Assembly: GCA_039795615.1 (NCBI GenBank)
Contig: JBDKLO010000149.1
Coordinates: forward strand, 1-58,485
DNA: 58,485 nucleotides
Reading direction: 5' to 3'
Source: Pseudomonadota bacterium
Lineage (GTDB): Bacteria; Pseudomonadota; Gammaproteobacteria; Methylococcales; Methylococcaceae
Both the position numbers and the translations under genes were made by a program. This document shows positions 30,670-38,929 of this stretch, piece after piece. Below the pieces are notes generated by a model. The model saw nothing but the letters and a program-made list of their open reading frames with translations. It made no database searches and was not told where the DNA came from. How positions within the stretch are numbered: the stretch's first letter is position 1; each line of letters opens with the position of its first letter.

Positions 30670-31021
30670 GGGATAAAAGTCCTGTCAGTCGATCGGGATC
30701 GAAGCCGGCGATCACGTGAGTGCCTGTCTCGATCAAGGGTCTTTTGAGAAGAAGGGGGTAACGCATGATCAGATCAACGGCATCCGCATCGTCAGAAATC
30801 GCTTGATCCGACATCTCCAGAGCGCGGAAGGTGGTGCTGCGTCGATTTAAAACCGTCTCCCGACCCAACTTTTCACACCAGCCCAGCATTCGACTCGCTT
30901 CCGGCGGACCCTCCAAACGAAGGTCATGGAATTGGAAGTTGTGTCCGTTTGCTCGGAGCCAGGCGAGGGCTTTTCGGCAACTGTCGCAATTCGGTATGCC
31001 GTAGACGATCAGGGTATCCAT
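30662..31021 (-). CDS. ArsC/Spx-family reductase-like protein (YffB type)
   Basis: LIVYGIPNCDSCRKALAWLRANGHNFQFHDLR is the YffB-like N-terminus. Overlaps the dapE start. Confidence 0.85.
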   Translation of the reverse strand: MDTLIVYGIPNCDSCRKALAWLRANGHNFQFHDLRLEGPPEASRMLGWCEKLGRETVLNRRSTTFRALEMSDQAISDDADAVDLIMRYPLLLKRPLIETGTHVIAGFDPDRLTGLLSHA

Positions 31022-31647
31022 TAGTCGATATCCAATCGTTCCAGGCGATCTAAAGTCGGTTCGCGCCGGCCATCGGATTCGGTGATGAAAAGAGGCTCGC
31101 GGCGGACCGACTCAGCAACCGCTTGCCGGATGTCTTCATTATCGTAAAAAGGACCTGCTTCCATCCGAATCAAGGGTAGTCCTGCAGCCTGACAGACGGT
31201 GCGCAGCGGAGATTCATGGGAGATCTTCTCCCGTGAACGTAGGCCCTTGTGTTGAATGAGCTGAATGGCACAGGCAATTCCGAGATCGCTTTTTCTTGCC
31301 AGCACGAAGGGGATCACCGCTTCATCATTGGAATCGAGGAGATCCCAGGTCTTGTCCACAATAGAGGGATTCCTGGGGGTGATGAGATCATCCACATGAA
31401 TCATTGGGAATATTTCAAAATTTTCCCCGACGGCTTCCCGAAGGGCAGCATAGAAAAGCCGTTCTTCGGCGGATAAAAGAAACTCCTTGCGGGTATAGGT
31501 AATTCGGCCATTCCGGCTAGCGCGTAAGCGCCGAAAAATTGTGATAGCCAAAATGAGCAGGGCAGGGACACCGATCAGATAAAACCAGTACATGAAGATC
31601 CGTAGGAAAGCTGGGAGCTGAAGCCGGGATGAAGGATTAAAATCCAT
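31021..31647 (-). CDS. Membrane-anchored DUF2726-like protein
   Basis: N-terminal TM helix, then FLLSAEERLFYAALREAVGENFEIFPMIHVDDLI, reminiscent of the DUF2726 (nuclease-fold) family. Confidence 0.6.
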   Translation of the reverse strand: MDFNPSSRLQLPAFLRIFMYWFYLIGVPALLILAITIFRRLRASRNGRITYTRKEFLLSAEERLFYAALREAVGENFEIFPMIHVDDLITPRNPSIVDKTWDLLDSNDEAVIPFVLARKSDLGIACAIQLIQHKGLRSREKISHESPLRTVCQAAGLPLIRMEAGPFYDNEDIRQAVAESVRREPLFITESDGRREPTLDRLERLDID

Positions 31648-31715
31648 CGGCTACGTGAAGCTTGGATTATAAGGGAAAGCACTCGGAGCTTTCGAGGAAA
31701 AGGGGGAATACAACG

Positions 31716-32405
31716 ATGCTGAGTGTGGACATCAATGAACGATTCGAAGGAGTTCAAGGGCGAATTCGCCACGCAGAGGCCGATGCCGGTCGTCCGATGA
31801 ACTCTGTAGGGTTGATTGCCGTCAGCAAGACACAACCCGCGGCTGCCATCCGCGAAGCCTATGCGCTCGGCCAAAGAGATTTTGGCGAGAATTACCTTCA
31901 GGAGGCCCTCGCCAAACAAGAGGAATTGGTCGATCTCGAGGATATCGTCTGGCATTTTATTGGTCCCATTCAGAGCAATAAAACCCGACCCATCGCAGAA
32001 CACTTTGATTGGGTGCATACGGTGGATCGGATAAAAACGGCGGAGCGACTCGATCAGCAAAGGCCTGCGCATTTACCGCCGCTTAACCTTTGCATTCAGG
32101 TCAATGTCAGTGGAGAAACCACCAAATCAGGGGTCGAGCTCTCTGAATTGGTGGATTTATCGGATCGCATGGATCAACTACATCGGGTTAATTTAAGGGG
32201 GCTGATGGCAATTCCCGCCCCGATCAATCCCTCGGACGAGGATCCGGGCAAACCATTTCGGCTATTGCGAGAGGCCGCTGAGGCGCTCCCCAGGCCTTTG
32301 GCTAGCCTCTCTATGGGAATGTCAGATGATCTGGAGTGGGCCATTCGCGAGGGCGCAACGTGGGTCCGAATCGGAACGGCGCTCTTTGGTCCACGCCGTC
32401 CCTAA
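31716..32405 (+). CDS. yggS: YggS-family pyridoxal-phosphate homeostasis protein
   Basis: LIAVSKTQPAAAIREAYALGQRDFGENYLQEA, HFIGPIQSNK, LSMGMSDD. Start at ATG 31716 with an AGGGGG Shine-Dalgarno. Confidence 0.9.
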   Translation: MLSVDINERFEGVQGRIRHAEADAGRPMNSVGLIAVSKTQPAAAIREAYALGQRDFGENYLQEALAKQEELVDLEDIVWHFIGPIQSNKTRPIAEHFDWVHTVDRIKTAERLDQQRPAHLPPLNLCIQVNVSGETTKSGVELSELVDLSDRMDQLHRVNLRGLMAIPAPINPSDEDPGKPFRLLREAAEALPRPLASLSMGMSDDLEWAIREGATWVRIGTALFGPRRP

Positions 32406-32450
32406 GCTAGAATCGCCGTCCCAAACATCATCTCACCTTTAGGATTGCCC

Positions 32451-33281
32451 ATGAGCTACGAGACATTAGCCTTTATCGGTGCCGGCAATATGGCCAGCAG
32501 CCTGATTTCTGGCTTAATCGCCGATGGCTATCCCCCTGAACGTATTCGGGTTTCGGATACTCAGGAAGCCATGTCCCGAAATCTGGGGGATCGCTACGGG
32601 GTGGTCGTTTGCTCTAGTAATCAAGAGGCGGTGAAGTCCGCGGCCATCGTGGTTCTTGCGGTCAAACCACAGGTTCTGCGGATGGTTCTGGAAGATCTCA
32701 GGGATTCCCTCAAGGCAACGTCCCCTTTGCTCTTGAGCATTGCGGCGGGCATCGCATGTCATAGCATTCAGCGCTGGGCCGGTGGCCTGAGCGCGATTGT
32801 CAGAGCGATGCCGAATACGCCGGCCATGGTTCAGAGCGGTGCGACGGGGCTCTATGCCACGCAAGCCGTCAGCGAGCGGCAACGTGAAGTGGCTGAATCC
32901 ATTCTCCGAGCCGTCGGGATCACCGTTTGGGTCCAAGAAGAAACTCTGATTGATGCCGTTACGGCGCTTTCTGGAAGCGGTCCTGCTTATTATTTTTTGT
33001 TGATGGAAGCCATGGAAGCGGCGGGAGTTCAGTTAGGGCTGGATCGTCAGACCGCGAGTTTACTCAGCCAGCAAACGGCCCTGGGTGCAGGTCGGATTGC
33101 GATCGAGTCCCCTGAAGATCCCGCAGAACTTCGACGCCGTGTCACTTCACCTGGAGGGACGACCGAGCGGGCAATCGCAACGTTTGAATCGGGTGGTTTT
33201 CGGGATCTGGTCCTGAGTGCCATGAAGGCCGCCAAGGAGCGGGCGGAAGTCCTTTCTGAGGAACTGGGAGGAGATGCCTAA
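32451..33281 (+). CDS. proC: Pyrroline-5-carboxylate reductase
   Basis: LAFIGAGNMASSLISGL, AVKPQ, RAMPNTPA, VTSPGGTTE. ATG 32451 is preceded by AGGA. Confidence 0.95.
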   Translation: MSYETLAFIGAGNMASSLISGLIADGYPPERIRVSDTQEAMSRNLGDRYGVVVCSSNQEAVKSAAIVVLAVKPQVLRMVLEDLRDSLKATSPLLLSIAAGIACHSIQRWAGGLSAIVRAMPNTPAMVQSGATGLYATQAVSERQREVAESILRAVGITVWVQEETLIDAVTALSGSGPAYYFLLMEAMEAAGVQLGLDRQTASLLSQQTALGAGRIAIESPEDPAELRRRVTSPGGTTERAIATFESGGFRDLVLSAMKAAKERAEVLSEELGGDA

Positions 33282-33853
33282 TGTCCACCTATCTCGCAAC
33301 GCCATTGATTTTTCTGATCGATACGGTCTTCAGCCTCTATATCTTCGCGCTTCTGCTTCGCTTCCTTTTTCAGTGGTGTGGTGCCGATCCACGCAATCCC
33401 GTTTCTCAGTTTCTGATTCGTGTAACGCACCCACCTTTAAGGGTCTTGCGTCGTTTGATTCCTAGTTTCGGTCGGGTGGACAGCGCCTGTATCCTCCTCA
33501 TGATCGCGCTCCAAACTTCGGCTTCTTTCCTGATTCTCTTGGTGAGAGGCGAAAGCATTCCTCTGGGTGTTGTCAGTATCCTTGCAGTGGCGCAGCTCGT
33601 TGAGTTGATTCTGAACGTCTATTTTTACGCGATCATCATCCGATCCTTGCTGAGCTGGTTCGGTCCCACGGCTTACAACCCCGCGATCTCACTTCTTTTT
33701 AGCTTGACGGAACCACTCCTCTATTGGAGTCGTCGCATTCTTCCGCCGACAGGGGGCATTGATCTTTCGCCTTTGGTGCCTCTGGTGGTCATCCAGTTGG
33801 CCCGTATGATGGTGCTTCCTCCCTTGCAGGAACTGGCTTACCTGCTCAATTAA
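33281..33853 (+). CDS. yggT: YggT-family membrane protein
   Basis: Position after proC (TAATG junction). Duplicated YGGT-type TM repeats (NPVSQFLIRVTHPPLRVLRRLIP / NPAISLLFSLTEPLLYWSRRILP). Confidence 0.85.
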   Translation: MSTYLATPLIFLIDTVFSLYIFALLLRFLFQWCGADPRNPVSQFLIRVTHPPLRVLRRLIPSFGRVDSACILLMIALQTSASFLILLVRGESIPLGVVSILAVAQLVELILNVYFYAIIIRSLLSWFGPTAYNPAISLLFSLTEPLLYWSRRILPPTGGIDLSPLVPLVVIQLARMMVLPPLQELAYLLN

Positions 33854-33857
33854 GCCG

Positions 33858-34139
33858 ATGTCGGAAGTCTTTCTCAATGTGCACATACAGCCCCGAGCTT
33901 CGAAAGACGAAATCGTCGGAGAACATGGGGGTCGGATCAAGATTCGGACGATAGCGCCACCGGTGGATGGCAAGGCCAATGAGCATCTCACGGGGTTTCT
34001 GGCCTCGGTTTTTGGGGTTCCGCGCCGTCAGGTGCAGCTAATGGCCGGCGAGACAGGACGGCTCAAAAGATTTCGAGTTTTGGATCCGGTGGTCTGGCCC
34101 TTAGAAATCGAGGCCATTTTGGGGCCAAAGCCGCAATAA
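33858..34139 (+). CDS. DUF167 (YggU) protein
   Basis: LNVHIQPRASKDEIVG...IKIRTIAPPVDGKANEHL is the YggU signature. Canonical position after yggT. Confidence 0.8.
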   Translation: MSEVFLNVHIQPRASKDEIVGEHGGRIKIRTIAPPVDGKANEHLTGFLASVFGVPRRQVQLMAGETGRLKRFRVLDPVVWPLEIEAILGPKPQ

Positions 34140-34165
34140 ACTGTGTGGCTGGTCTTAAGCCAGGT

Positions 34166-34882
34166 TTAACGGACCCGGTAGATCAGATCCCAGACGCCAT
34201 GACCGAGTCGGTGCCCCCGGGCTTCAAACTTGGTCAATGGACGGTAGTTTGGACGGGGTGAGAACGGTGAATCAGGATTCACGCTGGTAAAAAGTCCTGA
34301 AAGATTAAACTGCTCGGCCATGTCATAGGCGTAATTCTCCCAGTCTGTTGCCGCGTGGAAGGTTCCGCCTGAAACGAGTTTTCGCGCGATAAGCTTGAGA
34401 AATTCCTGTTTTACGATGCGCCGTTTGTGATGACGCGTCTTATGCCAGGGGTCAGGAAAAAAAAGCTGCACCCTTTCCAAAGAGGCATCAGCAATACAGT
34501 CATTCAGGATATCAATGGCGTCATGGGCATAAACCCTGAGATTGGAGATGCCGGCTTCCTGGGTCTTGATCAGCAAATGACCCACTCCGGGACGGTGGAC
34601 TTCAATCCCGACATAGTTGTGATCTGGATCATGAAGGGCCATTTCTACCAGAGAGTCCCCGTTGCCAAAACCTATTTCAAGCACTATCGGATGATGGTTA
34701 CCAAAACGATTCTCAGCATCCAGTGATAACTGAGGTTCAAGGCCATAACGCTCCCACAGTTCGTCCAGTGCCTTTTGTTGTGCAAGGGTGATGCGACCCT
34801 GACGTCGAGCGAAGCTCCTGATTCGAAAGGTTTGAGGGTCAGGCGCAATCGAAGGTGCGGTTTGGCCGCTGTTATCAGTCAT
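34166..34882 (-). CDS. trmB: tRNA (guanine-N7)-methyltransferase
   Basis: IVLEIGFGNGDSLVEMA, FFPDPWHKTRHHKRR, TDWENYA. The start ATG 34882 lies inside the last codons of soxZ (ATGACTGA). Confidence 0.9.
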   Translation of the reverse strand: MTDNSGQTAPSIAPDPQTFRIRSFARRQGRITLAQQKALDELWERYGLEPQLSLDAENRFGNHHPIVLEIGFGNGDSLVEMALHDPDHNYVGIEVHRPGVGHLLIKTQEAGISNLRVYAHDAIDILNDCIADASLERVQLFFPDPWHKTRHHKRRIVKQEFLKLIARKLVSGGTFHAATDWENYAYDMAEQFNLSGLFTSVNPDSPFSPRPNYRPLTKFEARGHRLGHGVWDLIYRVR

Positions 34883-35195
34883 TTTCTTGGATCCTGAGTT
34901 CATCTTCGTCTTGAAGTCCGAGATTATCCTTCCAGACGACGCGAATGACATCACCGAGTTGGGCGTTGGAGAGCTCGAAGGTAAAGTACGGATTTCGTGA
35001 GACCCCCGTAGAAAGTTTTCCTTCGACGACCGGATTCCCGTTATGCAACAGCCTAAGTTCCGTGATGAAATGGGCAGGGATGAGTTGCCCGGTCTCGTCA
35101 TCGCGACGTCTACCGGTTTCCATCGGGTGCTCTATCAGAACCCGCACCAACGTGTTTTCCGCGGACCTTCGGGTCCTGATCTTGATCGAAGACAT
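34875..35195 (-). CDS. soxZ: SoxZ-type thiosulfate-oxidation carrier subunit
   Basis: 106 aa from ATG 35195: MSSIKIRTRR...VRVLIEHPMETGRRRDDETGQLIPAHFI...NGNPV...VSRNPYFTFEL, the SoxZ pattern. Confidence 0.85.
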   Translation of the reverse strand: MSSIKIRTRRSAENTLVRVLIEHPMETGRRRDDETGQLIPAHFITELRLLHNGNPVVEGKLSTGVSRNPYFTFELSNAQLGDVIRVVWKDNLGLQDEDELRIQEND

Positions 35196-35223
35196 AGAAC
35201 ACTCATTTAATCTATGGCCCGTG

Positions 35224-35703
35224 ATGCCGTCAATTGAACTGGTCCCGCTCGTCTTGAATCGTCGGCGCTTCTTGCGATGGGTCACGGCGCTTTTTGCTGT
35301 GTCCCTGCCCGCTGTCTTGGAAGCCAAAAAGTCTGATGCCATGCCTGGGCTGGCCTCCAATCAGCGATCTGACTTTACGCATATTTTGGATCAATTGATG
35401 GGGACGTCTCCCCAGATGAATGAGCAGGGGCTTTTGCTCGACATTCCGACGGTCGCTGAAAATGGGGCCCTGGTTCCCATAACCTTAACCGCTTCGACTT
35501 CCGCAGAGAGCCTTTACATTTTGGCCGAAGGAAATCCGGGTCCCTTATTGGCTGAGTTTCATTTTCATGGCACGGCGGTTCCGAAGGTATCGTTACGAGT
35601 CAAACTCAATCAAACGGGGCCGGTAACGGCGTTGTCCCATAATCAGCGTGGCTGGATGCGAATTGATCGTCTTGTGAAGGTTGCCGTAGGGGGATGCGGT
35701 TGA
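35224..35703 (+). CDS. soxY: SoxY-type sulfur-carrier subunit (Tat signal, C-terminal Cys arm)
   Basis: 159 aa from ATG 35224. Twin-arginine signal LNRRRFLRWVTALFAVSLPAVLEA, DIPTVAENGALVPITL, and C-terminus VKVAVGGCG-stop. Confidence 0.85.
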   Translation: MPSIELVPLVLNRRRFLRWVTALFAVSLPAVLEAKKSDAMPGLASNQRSDFTHILDQLMGTSPQMNEQGLLLDIPTVAENGALVPITLTASTSAESLYILAEGNPGPLLAEFHFHGTAVPKVSLRVKLNQTGPVTALSHNQRGWMRIDRLVKVAVGGCG

Positions 35704-36494
35704 GAGCGCCCATCGTGGTTGTCGGCTTGGGTGAACTTGGGCAGGTCTTGGCATCAGGATTTCTGAAAATAGGGCATCCCGTTTATCCCTTGAATCGTGA
35801 TGCATGCTTTACTGAGCTCAAGGCACGGTCTATTGATCCAATGCTGGTTGTTGTGGCCGTGGGCGATAAGGATCTGGGAGAGGTCTTAAGGGCCATGCCC
35901 TCGGGTTTCAAGGATCGTATCGTTCTCTTGCAGAACAACCTGCTTGAACCTGACTGGCTGCGTCACGGTATTCAAAATCCTACGATCCTAGTGGTCTGGC
36001 TCGATAAAAAGCCCGGGAGGCCTGCAGTAGCCGTCCTTCCCAACAAAGTCTTTGGCCCCTATGGCGAAGGGGTGGCTCAGGCATTGAATGCCCTTCACAT
36101 TGAGACTCAAGTCCGACCCATGGAGGATCTAGATCGGGCCTTGGTGGCTAAAAATCTCTACATCCATACGATCAATATTGCAGGTCTACGCGTGGGAGGC
36201 ACTGTCGGGGAGCTCTGGAAAGACCACCGGTCACTGACTGAGGCCATTGCTGGTGAAATTCTTGAAATTCAATGCGCTCGTTTGGGCCGGGCTTTGGATG
36301 GACATCTCATGATGAATGACATGCTGGAAGGCTTCTCCGGGGATCTGAATCATCTTTGCATGGGACGTTCTGCAACGAATCGGCTGGCGAACGCCCTGGC
36401 GTTTGCCAATGACTATAAACTTGCTGTCCCGACCCTCCGTGGCATCGCGAATGACATCGGACTGACTGGAACGGAGGCCGTTTCCGATGGGTGA
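35694..36494 (+). CDS. NAD(P)-binding Rossmann-fold protein of unknown function (ketopantoate-reductase-like by eye)
   Basis: IVVVGLGELGQVLASGF dinucleotide-binding loop at the N-terminus. The start overlaps the soxY end by 10 nt and the end overlaps the ligase start by 8 nt. Confidence 0.55.
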   Translation: MRLRAPIVVVGLGELGQVLASGFLKIGHPVYPLNRDACFTELKARSIDPMLVVVAVGDKDLGEVLRAMPSGFKDRIVLLQNNLLEPDWLRHGIQNPTILVVWLDKKPGRPAVAVLPNKVFGPYGEGVAQALNALHIETQVRPMEDLDRALVAKNLYIHTINIAGLRVGGTVGELWKDHRSLTEAIAGEILEIQCARLGRALDGHLMMNDMLEGFSGDLNHLCMGRSATNRLANALAFANDYKLAVPTLRGIANDIGLTGTEAVSDG

Positions 36495-37770
36495 TTCGGT
36501 ATTTGCCTTTACTCGACAGGGTGAAGTGACACGCGCCAGCTTTATGAATGAAGCTGCCCAGATTGCCGCACAGCTTCCCCGAACAGGCTATGCGCTCAAT
36601 GTCAGCAGCGATCGATTTGATTTTGCGCTGGGTCTGGTCGCGGCATGGATGGTGGGAATTCCGACGTTGCTGCCTTCAGATCAGGGGCGGGGTCAGTTAG
36701 CTGAACTGAGTCGAACTTACCCTTCATTACATCAGATAGGGGACTCAGAACTTCAGACCTACCGAATTCAGGGGCAAGAGCTACATCATCGATTTAACGG
36801 GTTCGATGACAACCTGGATCAATCGGTTGTGATTCCTTTCACCTCCGGTACGACCGGTGATCCGGTTCCGCACCCTAAATCATTGTCTTCCCTGATGGGC
36901 AGCGCCTCCTTGATTAATCGTCAGCTGGGGGGAACTCAAGGTATCCGGATGGTTGCGACGGTGCCCCCTCAGCATATGTATGGTTTGGAGTTGACCCTTC
37001 TCTTGCCCCTTTTTGAAGGGGCCATTCTGGATTGGCGTCGTCCATTTTTTCCTGCCGATATTCTTTCGGCACTTCGCGATGGTCCGACCCCGGTGGCTTT
37101 GGTGACGACTCCCCTTCATTTGAGGGCGTTGCTGTCTCTCCCGGATATGGATCTTCCCGAAGTCCAGTTCATCGTCTCAGCCACCGCGCCATTGCCCCTA
37201 GAGTTGGCCCAGGAGGCCGAGACTCGTTTTTCAGCGCCGCTTCATGAAGTCTATGGCTGTACGGAATTAGGCTCCATTGCAGGTAGACGTCCGGTGGATT
37301 CTGAGGTCTGGTGCTGGTACTCGGGCGTTGAGTGCAGATCGGAAGCCGATGGGCATCAGGTCAGAGCGGCACACGTGATTACCCCTGCAAGGGTTTCAGA
37401 CCAATTGGAGATCCTGACCGATACCACCTTTCTCCTCAGAGGCCGCAATGCGGATCTGGTCAATATCGCGGGTAAGCGGGCTTCAATCCGCGCTCTGGAA
37501 CGGGCGGCACTCGAAATCCAGGGGGTTCGTGATGTGGCTTTTATCCAGGGCGATGAAGCCGAGGGGAGTATCGGGCGTCTTACTGCGCTGGTCGTTTTGG
37601 ACCCCAAGGTTTCACTGGCATCAGTGAAGGCCGCACTGCGCCGGGATCTAGATCCTGCTTTCGTTCCGCGCACCCTCATTGAGGTGCCCTCACTGCCCCG
37701 GAATGCGGTCGGAAAACTGCCGAGAGCAAAGCTACTGGCGTTTTTGGCTGAAAGTACGTTGAGAAACTAG
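36487..37770 (+). CDS. AMP-dependent aryl/acyl ligase (XanA2-like starter-unit:ACP ligase candidate)
   Basis: Adenylate-forming core FTSGTTGDPVPHPKS, YGCTELG, and a C-terminal NAVGKLPR lysine motif. Confidence 0.85.
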   Translation: MGDSVFAFTRQGEVTRASFMNEAAQIAAQLPRTGYALNVSSDRFDFALGLVAAWMVGIPTLLPSDQGRGQLAELSRTYPSLHQIGDSELQTYRIQGQELHHRFNGFDDNLDQSVVIPFTSGTTGDPVPHPKSLSSLMGSASLINRQLGGTQGIRMVATVPPQHMYGLELTLLLPLFEGAILDWRRPFFPADILSALRDGPTPVALVTTPLHLRALLSLPDMDLPEVQFIVSATAPLPLELAQEAETRFSAPLHEVYGCTELGSIAGRRPVDSEVWCWYSGVECRSEADGHQVRAAHVITPARVSDQLEILTDTTFLLRGRNADLVNIAGKRASIRALERAALEIQGVRDVAFIQGDEAEGSIGRLTALVVLDPKVSLASVKAALRRDLDPAFVPRTLIEVPSLPRNAVGKLPRAKLLAFLAESTLRN

Positions 37771-38486
37771 ATCATTCCACCATTAACGCCAAAAACCTGC
37801 CCGGTGATGTAACTGGCCTTCTCTGAGGCCAGAAAGGCAATCAAATGGGCGACTTCATCCGGTTTTCCCTGTCGCCCCATGGGAACCAGAGCCCGAATAC
37901 GCTCGGTAGGAAACCCCTCGGTGGTCATGGGACTTTCGATGATGCCTGGGGCAATCACATTGACCAGGATGTTCCGACTGGCCAGCTCCATCGATAACGA
38001 TTTGCTGGCACCAATCAAGCCGGCCTTAGCCGCCGCGTAATTGGCTTGTCCACGGTTTCCTGTGATACCGGCAACGGAGGATAGGCTGATGATGCGTCCC
38101 CAGCGTTGGCGAATCATGGGCATCAGGAGCGGCTGCGTCACATGGTAAAAGCCGTTGAGAGAAACATCGATCACGGAATGCCATTGTGTGGGGTTCATTC
38201 CAGCTAAAGGGGCATCGGCATGAATACCTGCGCTATGGACGAGGATATCAATCGGCTGCTCCTCGACCAGAGAGATCAGGGTGGCTTCCGAAGAAGCCTG
38301 GTGCGTGAGATCAAACTGAAGGGGGGAGGCCTGACCTCCGGAGGACCTGATGGATTCTGCCAAGGCTTCGGCATGGGCAAGGGATCGATGGGTATGGATG
38401 ATGACCTCGTGACCATCATTGGCAAGCGCGCGCGCAACCGCTGAGCCGATCGCCCCGGTTCCACCCGTAATCAGTGCCCGTCTCAT
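37767..38486 (-). CDS. 3-oxoacyl-ACP reductase (SDR) of the polyene cluster
   Basis: TGGTGAIG, NYAAAK (YxxxK), IAPGII. 4-bp overlap with the upstream dehydratase gene. Confidence 0.9.
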   Translation of the reverse strand: MRRALITGGTGAIGSAVARALANDGHEVIIHTHRSLAHAEALAESIRSSGGQASPLQFDLTHQASSEATLISLVEEQPIDILVHSAGIHADAPLAGMNPTQWHSVIDVSLNGFYHVTQPLLMPMIRQRWGRIISLSSVAGITGNRGQANYAAAKAGLIGASKSLSMELASRNILVNVIAPGIIESPMTTEGFPTERIRALVPMGRQGKPDEVAHLIAFLASEKASYITGQVFGVNGGMI

Positions 38487-38929
38487 GGGGACCCTGCTGG
38501 AAAGAAAACCGCCATTCTTCCTGCCATCAGCTGGGTTTGAAAGGGTGTGCTTAAGTGAAATTGGTACATGGCACTTTGATCGTTACGGCTTAGAAGCTGG
38601 ACCTGTATCTCAAGGTCTGTGGTCAGATCATCAAGTCTTGCGACCCGCCAAGTCACATCCCGGGCCATGACCAGAAAGCCTTGTCGTGGGTCTGCATCTT
38701 GATCCCCCTCCAGCAGGGCGCCGTGTAGCGCTGAGGCCTGTCCTGCAAATTCGAGGCCGGAACTGATGGGCAGCATGCCACAGGATCGCCTCAAGGGGTT
38801 ATTCAAGGCACGGTGTCGGGTGGTGGTTGCAATCAATTCGTCAGCGTTGCAACGAATGACCTGATCCAGCAACTGCATGCCGGGGCCATGGGGTAGTAAA
38901 GACGGTATTTTCTCAGGATCTAAGCGCAT
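38483..38929 (-). CDS. Hot-dog-fold 3-hydroxyacyl-ACP dehydratase-like protein
   Basis: LLPHGPGMQLLD N-terminal motif common in aryl-polyene cluster dehydratases. Length 148 aa. Overlaps both neighbours. Confidence 0.65.
   Translation of the reverse strand: MRLDPEKIPSLLPHGPGMQLLDQVIRCNADELIATTTRHRALNNPLRRSCGMLPISSGLEFAGQASALHGALLEGDQDADPRQGFLVMARDVTWRVARLDDLTTDLEIQVQLLSRNDQSAMYQFHLSTPFQTQLMAGRMAVFFPAGSP

Noticed and set aside
34945-35360. ORF-track versions of soxY (from 34945) and soxZ (to 35360) that extend 93 and 55 codons upstream and would overlap each other antisense.
   Set aside because: The recognisable SoxY (Tat signal onward) and SoxZ sequences begin at ATG 35224 and ATG 35195. 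The extensions have no family similarity and would put each gene's N-terminus inside the other gene.
35224-37770. The idea that the SoxY-like protein serves as a thiol carrier loaded by the co-operonic AMP-ligase, as an ACP substitute.
   Set aside because: SoxY carries a clear twin-arginine export signal and should be periplasmic. The ligase has no signal peptide, and a normal ACP gene (45691-45957) is present in the cluster.
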